From: Candidatus Latescibacterota bacterium
Lineage (GTDB): Bacteria; Latescibacterota; UBA2968; UBA8231
Direction: 5' to 3'
NCBI GenBank assembly: GCA_965206595.1
Contig: OZ242214.1
Span: forward strand, 6,944,001 to 7,008,000
DNA length: 64,000 bases
In this document: piece after piece, positions 50,643 to 60,371 of the stretch
How positions within the stretch are numbered: the first letter of the stretch is position 1
Layout of the letters: the number at the start of each line of letters is the position of its first letter
Notes under the pieces: model-generated
What the model was told of the DNA's origin: nothing
The model's input: only the letters and a program-made list of their open reading frames with translations
The model's database searches: none
Made by a program: the position numbers and the translations under genes

Positions 50643-51671
50643 ATGAAACTCAACGAGCGGCAAGCGATCGGCAAACTCGGCCTGGAGGTGACCCGCATGG
50701 GGTTCGGCGGGGCCCCCTTCGGCAACCTCTTCAACCCGATTTCCGAGGAGGACGTCGCCGACTGCCTCGAGGCGGCGTACGGCGCCGGTGTCCGCTACTT
50801 CGACACCGCTCCCCTCTACGGCTTCGGGCTCAGCGAGAGCCGTTACGGCACCCACCTGGCCCGCCGCCGGGAGGAGATCGTCCTTTCGACCAAGGTCGGC
50901 TACTCCCTTGTGCCGCGACAAAGCGGCGATCCCGAGGACGGCTTCTTCGTCGACCACCCGCCGCTGAAATCGGTTTTCGACTACTCCGCCGAGGCCGTCA
51001 AGCGCTCCCTCGGAGAAAGCCTCGAGCGCCTCCGCACCGACCGCATCGACATCGTCTTCATCCACGACCCGGACGAAGGGATCAGCCTGCAGCCCGGCTT
51101 CGATCCCTACGCCGTCAGCCACTTCCGGGAGGCGATGGAGGAGACCTACCCGGTGCTCGACGAGCTGCGCTCCCAGGGGGTGATCAAGGCGGTCGGCGCC
51201 GGCATGAACCAGTGGCAGGTCCTGGCCGACTTCGCGCGCGCCGGCGATTTCGACTGCTTCCTGCTCGCCGGGCGCTACACCCTGCTGGAGCAGACGTCGC
51301 TGGAGGGGCTGCTGCCGCTCTGCGAGGAGAAAGGGGTGCGCATCGTCATCGGCGGCCCCTACAACTCGGGGGTCCTCGCTACCGGCGTGGTCGAAGGGGC
51401 GTACTACAACTACGCTCCCGCCCCGCTCCACATCCTCGGCCTCGTCGCCCGCATCGAGGCGGTCTGCGCACGGCACGGGGTGCGGCTGCCCGCCGCGGCC
51501 CTGCAGTTCCCGCTGGCGCACCCGGCCGTCGCCTGCGTCATCCCCGGCGGGCGCACCCGCGCCGAAACCGAGGCCAACGCCGCCCTGCTCGAGGAGGAGA
51601 TCCCGGCGGCGTTCTGGTCCGAGCTGCAGGAGCGGGGACTGGTGGACCCGGCCGCGCCGCTGCCCTCCTGA
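50643..51671 (+). CDS. Aldo/keto reductase (D-threo-aldose dehydrogenase-like)
   Basis: FDTAPLYG, STKVG, IHDPD, LAGRYTLLEQ. Confidence 0.92.
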   Translation: MKLNERQAIGKLGLEVTRMGFGGAPFGNLFNPISEEDVADCLEAAYGAGVRYFDTAPLYGFGLSESRYGTHLARRREEIVLSTKVGYSLVPRQSGDPEDGFFVDHPPLKSVFDYSAEAVKRSLGESLERLRTDRIDIVFIHDPDEGISLQPGFDPYAVSHFREAMEETYPVLDELRSQGVIKAVGAGMNQWQVLADFARAGDFDCFLLAGRYTLLEQTSLEGLLPLCEEKGVRIVIGGPYNSGVLATGVVEGAYYNYAPAPLHILGLVARIEAVCARHGVRLPAAALQFPLAHPAVACVIPGGRTRAETEANAALLEEEIPAAFWSELQERGLVDPAAPLPS

Positions 51672-51978
51672 GCGGAGGAGGGCCGCCGCCCCGGAAAAAC
51701 CCCTTCCCCTCGCCGCAGAGGCCGTCAGCAGGCCCGGTGAAGCCGCGGCGCCGATCAGGCGGAGGACCCGTCGAGAGAAACCGAATCGCGCGCCCCGCGG
51801 CCGGCCCGGTGGAAGTGAGTGCGGCGATCCGGCCGGAGACCCGGAGGAAAGCACGGGATCACGTTCCGCCGGGGGGCCGCATACGACCTTCTGCCGCTGC
51901 CGCTGCAAAACCGCGTTATCTTTCCACCGACGCTGCCCGAACCTGACACAACCGCACGACCAACCCACGGAAGCCGCC

Positions 51979-53298
51979 ATGACCGTCGAAGCCCTCAAGA
52001 GCCTTGATCTCCGCCGGGAGGCCGCCCGCTACATGCCGGGCGGCGTCGGCGCCGCCGGCCGCATCAACTCCTGCCTCGGCTACGCCCTGCACATCCAGTC
52101 CGCCGAAGGCTGCCGCATCCGCGACGTCGACGGCGACGAGTACATCGACTTCAACCTCGCCCACGGCGCCGCCTTCCTGGGATACAACCACCCGGCGACG
52201 AAACAGGCGATGGAGTCGGTTCTCGAAGCCGGCATCCTGTGCGGGTACGAAACCGAGGCCCACGTAGAGCTGGCCCGCCGCATCACCGAGATCATCCCCT
52301 GCGCCGAGGCGGTTCGCTACGGCAACACCGGCTCCGAGGGAACGATGATCTGCGTGCGCCTGGCCCGCGCCCACACCGGCAGACCGAAGATCCTGAAGTT
52401 CTGGGGGCACTTTCACGGGCTCTACGACTACGTGATGTACAACTCCCACTCGCCGCTCACCCCCGTAGAGCCCGGCAGCATCATACCGCCGCAGCGGGAA
52501 TCGGCCGGCATGCCGGAGGTGCTCGACGACCTCGTCGTCGTCGTCCCGTGGAAGGACGAGGCCGCTCTCGAGCGCGCCATGGAGAAGCACGGGGACGAGA
52601 TCGGCGGCATCATCATGGAGCCCATCAACTACAACCAGGGCTGCATCACCGCCGATGCCGGGTACATGCGCTTCGTCCGCGAGCGGGCAACGGCCAGCGG
52701 CAGTGTCCTCATCTACGACGAGACCCTGTCGGCCTTCCGCACCGGACCGGGCTGCGCCCAGGGGTACTACGGCGTCACCCCCGACCTCTGCGTGCTCGGC
52801 AAGGCGGTCGCCAACGGCGGCGCCGTGGTCGTAGTCGCAGGCAAGGCCGAGATAATGAACCAGGTGAATCCGCACGGGGAGGTTTGCCAGAGCGGGACCT
52901 TCACCGGCAACCCGCCGGCGATCAACTGCGCCCTCGCTTCCGTGAACGAGATCACCAGCTTCGGTTTTTACGACCACATCGAAATGACCTCGCAACGGTT
53001 GTATACAGGGATGACGGAGATCTTCGACCGTGCAGGGGTTCCCGCCCGCGTGCAGGGCCTGGGCGCCCGCTTCGGAATCTTCTTCGGATTCACCGATCCG
53101 GTGGAACGCTTCGACGACACCCTGAAGCGGGACCGCGAAACGGGCACGCGTTTCATCCGCGCCTGCGCCGACAGCGGCGTCTACTTCCACGACTACGGCG
53201 ACCTGGTCGCCGGGCATCACGGCGTTTCGGCCTCGCACTCCCTCGCCGACATCGACGAAGCCCTCAACCGCATCGAGAGCGCCGTCGCCATCATGTAG
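51979..53298 (+). CDS. Class III aminotransferase (glutamate-1-semialdehyde aminomutase-like)
   Basis: DVDGDEYIDF, NTGSEG, IYDETLSAFR, PDLCVLGK, SGTFTGNP. Confidence 0.9.
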   Translation: MTVEALKSLDLRREAARYMPGGVGAAGRINSCLGYALHIQSAEGCRIRDVDGDEYIDFNLAHGAAFLGYNHPATKQAMESVLEAGILCGYETEAHVELARRITEIIPCAEAVRYGNTGSEGTMICVRLARAHTGRPKILKFWGHFHGLYDYVMYNSHSPLTPVEPGSIIPPQRESAGMPEVLDDLVVVVPWKDEAALERAMEKHGDEIGGIIMEPINYNQGCITADAGYMRFVRERATASGSVLIYDETLSAFRTGPGCAQGYYGVTPDLCVLGKAVANGGAVVVVAGKAEIMNQVNPHGEVCQSGTFTGNPPAINCALASVNEITSFGFYDHIEMTSQRLYTGMTEIFDRAGVPARVQGLGARFGIFFGFTDPVERFDDTLKRDRETGTRFIRACADSGVYFHDYGDLVAGHHGVSASHSLADIDEALNRIESAVAIM

Positions 53299-53548
53299 GA
53301 CAACCGCTCCGGATCGCCCGATCCGTGGGCAGCGGTACTTCCGGTCGCTCTCCTTCCACCTGCCGGGGCATTCCCGGGGTTTCACGGTGGAAAACATGGC
53401 CCCATTGTTTCCATGGGTGCCGAATTCGCCGTTCCTACTTATATTTCCAAAATCAGCCGCTTTTGTGTGCCGGATTGGCCTACGCTTATGTGTTTGTCAA
53501 ATTCGCCATTAAACCAACTGCAAACTCTTAATTTAAGGAAGGAGCTTC

Positions 53549-53980
53549 ATGCCTGACCTAGGTAGAACACTCAGGGAAGAAATGTCGCGGGTGGCCGCCA
53601 GAGAACTGCGAGCCGCCCTGAACCCGTTGAACGAACAAATCCGCAGCCTGGAGCGGGAAGTGTCCGCGCTCAGCTCGCAGATTGCCGGCACGCGGAAGCC
53701 GGCCCCCAAACCTTCCGGGAACTCCCCCGGGGACGCCAAGCCCGCCGCCAAGAACGAGACCGCCGCGGTCAGGGTTACCCCGGCATCGATCAAGAAGCAT
53801 CGCAAGCGGCTGCGCCTGTCCCAGGCCCAGATGGGCAAGCTGCTCGGAGTCAGTGCCATAACGATATTGAACTGGGAGCAGGGCAAGTCGAAACCGCGCG
53901 CGGCCAACAGGGATGCGATCGCCGAGCTGCGCACCATGAAACTGAAAGACGCCGAGCTGATGCTCGAGAGCATGGGCTAA
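53549..53980 (+). CDS. XRE-family helix-turn-helix protein with an N-terminal coiled coil
   Basis: LSQAQMGKLLGVSAITILNWEQGKSKP; AAGGAG RBS. Confidence 0.88.
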   Translation: MPDLGRTLREEMSRVAARELRAALNPLNEQIRSLEREVSALSSQIAGTRKPAPKPSGNSPGDAKPAAKNETAAVRVTPASIKKHRKRLRLSQAQMGKLLGVSAITILNWEQGKSKPRAANRDAIAELRTMKLKDAELMLESMG

Positions 53981-54037
53981 AGGCGCTGCACGCCGACAAA
54001 CAGAAACACCGCGCGGCTGACTCTTCAGGTGTTCTGT

Positions 54038-54078
54038 AGTGAAGTCGGGTGGTGGCCGAGGCCCCACCCGACTTCACT
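54038..54078. terminator. Perfect 15-bp inverted repeat between convergent genes
   Basis: AGTGAAGTCGGGTGG...CCACCCGACTTCACT. Confidence 0.6.
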
Positions 54079-54169
54079 CCTCGTTCTGCCGGACCCGGAA
54101 GTGTCCTCGCTCAGCCCCCCTCGCTTCAGCCCTGCACAACCGCGGAACCCCCAGCGGCGCAACAGTCCT

Positions 54170-55831
54170 TCACTCTTCCCCTTTGCGAATCTGCAAGCTC
54201 GCCGCTACCTGCCTTATACGTTCGTCGCGCCATTCGACCCCGCTCCGGTAGCGGTGGCGCAGCCCCTCGACGTACTTCTCGAACGCCTTCCTGTTCCTGG
54301 CCTGCCTGACCTGGTGCCGCAGAATCGGGGTCAGTTCCTCGAACGCGCGCGGCCTCCGGGGCAGCCGCTCTTCGACGCGCACGACCGCGAACCCGCCTTC
54401 GATTTCAAGCGGACCCAGCAGCGCTCCCTCTGGCGCTTCCCGGACGAGATCGAAGAGCCGTTCCCGTTTTTCCCCTTCCCCGTCTTTCAGGTGTAAATGC
54501 CCGCCGGTTCCGTCGGCCCCCGGACGGATGCTGTGGTCCCGGGCCAGCTTCTCCATGTCCGCGCCCGACTCGATCCGCCGCCGCAGCGCGGCCGCGGCGG
54601 CCCGTGACTCGACGAAGATCTCTACCGCCTCCACCGACGCCGGCAGCATGAACTCTCCCTTGACTTCCTCGTACCGGTGACGCAGCTCCTCCTCCGTGGG
54701 GGCGCCGACCTGATCGATAACCTCCCGGCGCCGCAGCCGATCGAGGAGCAGCCTCTTCAGCTCCCGCTCCATCGCCGACGCGAACTCATCGGTTTCGTGA
54801 AGGACGCGGCGCTCCGCTTCCAGCACCGCCAGGGTGTCGGCCATCACCCAGTGGCGGAGAGCCCAGGCGACTGAGGCGCTGTCCTTCAGGGCAGGGGGTT
54901 TCATCCCCCTTCTAACCAGGATTCGTCCGGCCTCCTGCGCGGAGATCTTTCTGTCGCCCGCCCAGGCAAGGGCGGGGTCGTCCTGGTGTGCCTCGGTCCC
55001 GGGATCCCGCTGCGCCGCCCCAACCATGGCGACCACCGCTTCGGGCCGGTAGGCGACCTCGAATTTGCGTGCCAGCGTGTCGAAAAAGGCCTCGCGGAGG
55101 GTTGCGGCTTTGCGGCGCTTCAGGGCCGCGGCGACCGCCGGCCCAGCCTCCTCGATGGGGACCGGGACGGCATCGAGAACCTTGAGCAGCTCGAAACCGC
55201 TTCCCGCGGGCAGCGGTCCGGCGACTTCGCCCGGGGACACCCCGCGCACCGCCATCCAGAGCTCACGCGGCAGCTCGCCGGCCCCGAGATAGCCGCCCAG
55301 GTCCCCGCCCCGTTCGGCGTCGGGCGCGGCCGAGCGCCTCCTGGCCAGCTCGGCGAAGTCCGCCCCCTCCTTCAGGGCGCGGCCGACCTCTTCCGCTTCC
55401 GCCTTCGTAGCGCAGGAGATATGGGCGATCCGCACCTTCGCGTCCCATCCGTCCCGCCGGTACGCCGCCTCGATCTCCTCCTCTCCGACGGAGACGGAAT
55501 CACCCAGGGCCTCGGCGAGGACCCGATCCCTGAGCCGCTTCACGTAGGTTTTGCGGAGCGGCCTGACGATCTCGGGTCTTTCAGGGTATCCGAGGGCCCT
55601 CGCCTCGGCGAGCATCAGCTCGCGGTCGACGAGACTCTGGAGCATATCGCGGACCGTCCCCTCCCGCGATTCGGACGCGGCCGGATCCGGCCTCAGGCCG
55701 TCCGGCAGCCTCGACACATACTCGGCAAGCTCCCCTTCCCGGATGGGGACGTCCAGCACCCGCACGAGGGGTTCGTCGGCGGGCACGCCGCAGCCGATCA
55801 GGAGGAGGAGCGCCGGCGCCGCCCGGTTCAC
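54170..55831 (-). CDS. Parvulin/PpiC-type peptidyl-prolyl isomerase lipoprotein (two rotamase domains)
   Basis: GTG start overlapping the upstream TGA; lipobox LLIG-C; FAELARRRS..GGDLG; MEKLARDHS..GGHL. Confidence 0.87.
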   Translation of the reverse strand: MNRAAPALLLLIGCGVPADEPLVRVLDVPIREGELAEYVSRLPDGLRPDPAASESREGTVRDMLQSLVDRELMLAEARALGYPERPEIVRPLRKTYVKRLRDRVLAEALGDSVSVGEEEIEAAYRRDGWDAKVRIAHISCATKAEAEEVGRALKEGADFAELARRRSAAPDAERGGDLGGYLGAGELPRELWMAVRGVSPGEVAGPLPAGSGFELLKVLDAVPVPIEEAGPAVAAALKRRKAATLREAFFDTLARKFEVAYRPEAVVAMVGAAQRDPGTEAHQDDPALAWAGDRKISAQEAGRILVRRGMKPPALKDSASVAWALRHWVMADTLAVLEAERRVLHETDEFASAMERELKRLLLDRLRRREVIDQVGAPTEEELRHRYEEVKGEFMLPASVEAVEIFVESRAAAAALRRRIESGADMEKLARDHSIRPGADGTGGHLHLKDGEGEKRERLFDLVREAPEGALLGPLEIEGGFAVVRVEERLPRRPRAFEELTPILRHQVRQARNRKAFEKYVEGLRHRYRSGVEWRDERIRQVAASLQIRKGEE

Positions 55832-58470
55832 AGCTGAACTCCTGCGTAGATGGTGATGAAGCTTCGCGTCGTCACCTCCGGCCTCAGACCCTCCGGGTCC
55901 GTGCGCACCAGCTCGAAACCGAAGGTCGTCATCAGGTCGTACCCCATGTACGCGGAGGCGTTGCGCAGCTGTACCGCGGTCGTCAGCCCGGTCGAGCTGT
56001 CCTCGCTGTCGGGCGGAGGCGGGTCCCGCAGCTGCCTGAAGATCTCGTACTCCATCCCCAGCTCGACGAAGCTCTTCCGCATCACCGGAAAGCGCAGCAT
56101 CGCCATGAACAGCTCGGTCAGCTCGCGGCGCTTGAATTCGTCGGCGAACACCGGCACCTGGCGCCGGTACTCGCTCTTCCAGCGCGGCACCAGGGTCCAC
56201 TTGCCGAGCTCGAGGGTGTACTCCGCCTTGTTGATAATGCCCAGGAAGGAGCCGTCCCGGCGCGTCCCGTGCCGGCGCAGCTCGAGGTCCTCGTCGAGCT
56301 GGTGGTAGCGCTGCCATTTGAGCTTGTGGGTCAGACTGATCCCGGCCGGAACCCGGTGATGCAGCCCCAGCCAGGTGGTGTTGATCCAAGTGTTCCTCGC
56401 CGGCCTCCGGTCCTCGACCAGCTGCAGCGCCCCGCGGGTGCCCGCGGGCTGGCGCCACTGCAGGAGATCGTCGGCGATCGTGTCCCTGACCCGGCGAAAA
56501 TCCTGGAAAACCAGGAGGCGGCCCCAGCGCGGGTGGTCGCGCTCGCCGACCAGGGTGACGTAGGACGCCTCGGTGACGCGGTCGTCGGTCTGCTGGTCCA
56601 TCTGCAGGCGCCCCACCATGAGGCGGGAGTCCGGGCCGAGGTTGGCGCCGCCGAACAGGTTGAAACCCTCCCGGTCCCGCTTGTACGGGTAGTCCGGCTC
56701 CTCGTCGTTCTCGAAGCGGTCTACGACGGCGTTGTGGTTCATGTCGACGCCGTAGAGGAACTCCGGCCGGTCGGCGTGGAAACGCAGGAACGGCTCCTCG
56801 TAGTCGGGGATCAGGTTGGGGCGGTCCTCGTTGTCGTTCTGGTTGAAATCGGAGATGAAATCGTTGTTCTCGTCCCAGCCGGGGAACACCTCGTCGTCGC
56901 CGGCCCCCCAGCCCTTGCGCCGCCAGTCCGGCCGCTGGTCCTGGTCGTCGTTGTCCTCGACCATCTCGTAGAGCTCGAAATCGTTCCCGAAGTCGAGCAC
57001 CCCGGTCTCGTTCGAGGTGACAAACGAGGTCGAGTAGCGCGGCGAAACGCTGAACAGCTCGACGAAACCGAACCAGGGAAGGGCCGTCTTCGACAGGTTG
57101 GCCATCCAGGCCAGCGCCTGGCTGCTCGCGGAGTGGTGGCTCTTCAGTCCGGGGTTGGGGTACTGGCGGAACTGGTGGTTGACGTCGATCTCGGCGTACC
57201 CCTTGAACCCGTGCAGTTCGGCGACCTCGAGGGTGAACCCGGCGATCTGGTTGGCCGTCGGCAGGCCGTAGTCGAGCGCCAGCACGCGCTGGTTGGAGCC
57301 GTCCTTGACGTTGCCCGAGGCCTGCGCCGCCGGCAGGAAGACCCGCTGGTCCCTGCCGTTGTACTGGCGGTCGGAAGACATCTCGACCAGGTAGTCGTTG
57401 GCGACCACCAGTTCCACCTGGACCTGCTCGATGTCGGTGGTGCTCGGACCGATGTAGCTGACGTCGGTGAAGTCGTAGCGCAGCTGGATCTCCTCGGTGC
57501 CGTCGGCGGAGAGATAGCCGCGGCGCTCGAAGCCGCCGTCGACGAAGGGACGGAACCCGATCTCGCTGCCGCGCACCTCGTTCCCCTCTACGTCGCGGAT
57601 GAGGATGTCGCTGGAGAAGAAGGCGCCGCCCCCTTCGTTGTCCCCGGGTGAGTCGTCCTTGATCGCCACGGCGATCTCCGTCACCGCGGCGAAGTTCATC
57701 GCCTCGGTCAGCTGCCCCTGGAAGATGTCGCCGTTGACCGCCTCGAGCTGGGACTGCGAGTGGTGGGTGTTTACATAGGTGCCGCCGATGCGGGCGAAGT
57801 CGCCGACCTGGGCGACCACCCTTCCCCCGAAGAGGTTGGTGTTGTTGGTCCGCGCCTCCCCGGCGAACCCGGACGAGTTGGGGGCGCTCACCCGCGACAT
57901 CAGCACCGTAGCCTCGTACTTGTCGGAGGAGAAATCCCACTGGACGCCGTTGAACAGCGGCTTGGAGAAGGTCATCGGCGTCAGGGTGGTGCGGATCCGG
58001 CTGCCCACGGTGATCGCGTAGTGGTACTGCCCCTTGTGGTCGGCGGCGACGACGAGGTTGTTGAACCAGGCATTGAACTGGCCCGTCTTCTCGAGGGTGC
58101 TGCCGAAAGGCTGCGGGTTCCGCTGCCGCCAGTCGTAGATCAGCCAGCCCCGCGTCAGGTAGTTCCCGTATACGTCGTAGAAATACTCCCCCTCGAGGGC
58201 GGTTCTGACGTAGCGCTGGTACTGGCGCCTCGAGTAGTTCGAGTACTCCCGCTGGCGCCACTGGTACTCGATGTAGAGCTCCTGGGGCACGTACCACTTG
58301 TGCACCGCCGGATCGAGGGCGTCGGTGAGAATCCCCGGGCCGGTCGGCTCGAAGGTCACCCGTCCCCCTCGCGTCACCGTTCCCAGGCGGGCGCCGAACT
58401 CCTGGGCTTCGAGGGCGGTTGCGGCCAGCAGCAGGGCGGCCGCGATAGTGAGAATCGGAGGTGTCATCAC
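55828..58470 (-). CDS. Large secreted hypothetical protein, putative outer-membrane protein (paralog of 60371-63046)
   Basis: Signal peptide; TLTPMTFSKPLFNG; Asp/Asn-rich DENNDFISD...DMNHN..DRFEND; amphipathic beta-strand C-terminus. Confidence 0.8.
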   Translation of the reverse strand: MMTPPILTIAAALLLAATALEAQEFGARLGTVTRGGRVTFEPTGPGILTDALDPAVHKWYVPQELYIEYQWRQREYSNYSRRQYQRYVRTALEGEYFYDVYGNYLTRGWLIYDWRQRNPQPFGSTLEKTGQFNAWFNNLVVAADHKGQYHYAITVGSRIRTTLTPMTFSKPLFNGVQWDFSSDKYEATVLMSRVSAPNSSGFAGEARTNNTNLFGGRVVAQVGDFARIGGTYVNTHHSQSQLEAVNGDIFQGQLTEAMNFAAVTEIAVAIKDDSPGDNEGGGAFFSSDILIRDVEGNEVRGSEIGFRPFVDGGFERRGYLSADGTEEIQLRYDFTDVSYIGPSTTDIEQVQVELVVANDYLVEMSSDRQYNGRDQRVFLPAAQASGNVKDGSNQRVLALDYGLPTANQIAGFTLEVAELHGFKGYAEIDVNHQFRQYPNPGLKSHHSASSQALAWMANLSKTALPWFGFVELFSVSPRYSTSFVTSNETGVLDFGNDFELYEMVEDNDDQDQRPDWRRKGWGAGDDEVFPGWDENNDFISDFNQNDNEDRPNLIPDYEEPFLRFHADRPEFLYGVDMNHNAVVDRFENDEEPDYPYKRDREGFNLFGGANLGPDSRLMVGRLQMDQQTDDRVTEASYVTLVGERDHPRWGRLLVFQDFRRVRDTIADDLLQWRQPAGTRGALQLVEDRRPARNTWINTTWLGLHHRVPAGISLTHKLKWQRYHQLDEDLELRRHGTRRDGSFLGIINKAEYTLELGKWTLVPRWKSEYRRQVPVFADEFKRRELTELFMAMLRFPVMRKSFVELGMEYEIFRQLRDPPPPDSEDSSTGLTTAVQLRNASAYMGYDLMTTFGFELVRTDPEGLRPEVTTRSFITIYAGVQL

Positions 58471-60371
58471 CAGGCCACCGCCAGGACGCCGGAGTGGGTC
58501 TCCTCGAATGCATCCGCGGCGACCCGGAGCACCCAGACGTAGGTCCCGGGAAGCGCCCTGCGGCCCTCGGCCGTGCGCCCGTCCCAGGTGAAGGCGGCCG
58601 GCCCCAGGCCCCGCTCCGCCTGCAGCGAGGCGATGGAGCGGCCAGACAGATCGTACAGCTCCAGGGATACCGGCACCGCCCGGACCACCTGCAGCAGGTT
58701 GAAACGGACCCGCAGCTCGTCGTTGGCGCCGTCCCCGTTCGGGGTGACGACGCGGCTGTCGAGGGCGATCTCCCCGACCAGCCGGCCGATCTGATCCTTG
58801 GGGATCTCGACGGTGAGGTTGGACAGCTCGTCGACGTCGTCCGGCCCGAAGTCGACGGCGTTGCCCGGCTCGAGCCGCTGCGGCACGGTAGGGAAGCGGC
58901 TGTCGAACACCCTCCCTGTGAAGGTCGTGCCGAAGCGGAAGATCGGGATGTCGAAGGTCAGCTCGAGGACGGAGCCGTCGCGGTCGATCCTCGGCAGGCT
59001 GATGCGGAAGCCGTCCCGGGTCGAGGACTCGATCTCGAACTCGACCGGGACGCCGTCGACCTGGACGTTGCCGATCCCCTCGACCGGGGCGTTGCTGTCG
59101 ATCTCGAGGCGGTCGTACCCGTGGATCTCGCCCCCGCGGCGCAGGAGCACGGCGTAGCGGAAGGTCGCCGGCTCCTCCGCCCTGGCCAGCCGCGGGTACA
59201 CCTCGGCGCGCAGGGTGTCGGCGATCGGAGGCTGCAGGTAGTCGAACTCGATCCTCTCGAGGAGCCGCGTGTCGAAGAGGCCGCCGGCGAACTCCATGCG
59301 GAAGCGGAGGAATCGCCGCGGCGCCGGCGCCGGGTTGAGGCCGCGGTTCTCCACCGTCTTCCAGGGGCTCCAGTTTTCCAGGTCTTCCTGGAGCGTCACC
59401 TGCTCGGACCGGGGCAGGGCCCAGTACTCCTCTCCCGTCACCTCGTCGAGGCGGACGAACATAAACTCCTGAATCCGCTGCAGGAACAGGATCGGCGTAT
59501 CGTCGAGGCCGGAGCGCATGCCGACGGTCAGGTTGGAGAAGAGCTCCTCCCCCACGACCTGCTCGCGCCAGCGGATCGACCCGATGGTAGCCGGCGCCCC
59601 CAGGTCGATCAGGTCCGACAGGAAGGTGCCCCGGGGCAGGTACCCGGACCCGTACACCTCGATCTCGTCGACCTCGAACGGCAGCTCGGTCAGGGAACGC
59701 AGCTTGATGAGGCGGACGTACTGCGGGGTCAGCGGCACGTCGACCACCGGCTCCTCGTTGTCGTGCTCCCGCACCGCGAGGCGGTCGGGGGCTCCCTCGA
59801 TCGTGCTGGTCAGCTGCTCGTTCAGCCAGACCTCGTAGCCGCGCAGGAAGTCGTTGTGGAAGGGATGGTCGGGACTGGCGGCCACGGTGTTGCGCGGGTA
59901 GAAGCGGATGCGCTCGACCCCGACCCGCTGACCGAAGTCGAGGATGATCCAGATGCCGAACGCCGGCACCACCGGGTTGAACGGCACCGGCTTGCGCTCG
60001 AAGGCGACCTCGTGATCGCCGTTGACCGTGCCCTCGAGCTGCGTTCGGCGCAGCACCGTCGCCGAGGTCGAGGAGTTGGGCGCCGTGATCGAGCCCTCCC
60101 CCTCGAGCACCAGCGCTGCGATGTTACGGCTGCCGTCGAAGAAAGTCGGGCTGACCCAGCCGCGCCGGGCAGCGAACTCGATGTCGTTGTCCGGGGTGTT
60201 GGTCGTGTCGAGGGTGGGGCTGAAGCGGCTGCCGGCAAGGATCACCGGATCGGTGCCGTCGCCGCCTCCCTCCCAGGGATGCTCGCTGCCCCCGAGAACG
60301 AAGGTCCGCATCTCTGCGGCCGCCGCGGACAGCGCCAGCAGAACCAGGGCGGCCGCCAGGGTCGGCGCCAT
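58467..60371 (-). CDS. Secreted protein with a discoidin-like domain and C-terminal FlgD-Ig/CHU_C-like domain
   Basis: Signal peptide MAPTLAAALVLL; ILDFG..IRFYPR; VVTPNGDGANDE, LYDLSGR, WDGR, PGTY. Confidence 0.83.
   Translation of the reverse strand: MAPTLAAALVLLALSAAAAEMRTFVLGGSEHPWEGGGDGTDPVILAGSRFSPTLDTTNTPDNDIEFAARRGWVSPTFFDGSRNIAALVLEGEGSITAPNSSTSATVLRRTQLEGTVNGDHEVAFERKPVPFNPVVPAFGIWIILDFGQRVGVERIRFYPRNTVAASPDHPFHNDFLRGYEVWLNEQLTSTIEGAPDRLAVREHDNEEPVVDVPLTPQYVRLIKLRSLTELPFEVDEIEVYGSGYLPRGTFLSDLIDLGAPATIGSIRWREQVVGEELFSNLTVGMRSGLDDTPILFLQRIQEFMFVRLDEVTGEEYWALPRSEQVTLQEDLENWSPWKTVENRGLNPAPAPRRFLRFRMEFAGGLFDTRLLERIEFDYLQPPIADTLRAEVYPRLARAEEPATFRYAVLLRRGGEIHGYDRLEIDSNAPVEGIGNVQVDGVPVEFEIESSTRDGFRISLPRIDRDGSVLELTFDIPIFRFGTTFTGRVFDSRFPTVPQRLEPGNAVDFGPDDVDELSNLTVEIPKDQIGRLVGEIALDSRVVTPNGDGANDELRVRFNLLQVVRAVPVSLELYDLSGRSIASLQAERGLGPAAFTWDGRTAEGRRALPGTYVWVLRVAADAFEETHSGVLAVAW

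Noticed and set aside
51979-53298. Assigning hemL
   Set aside because: Divergent motifs and a catabolic context; only a family-level call is supported
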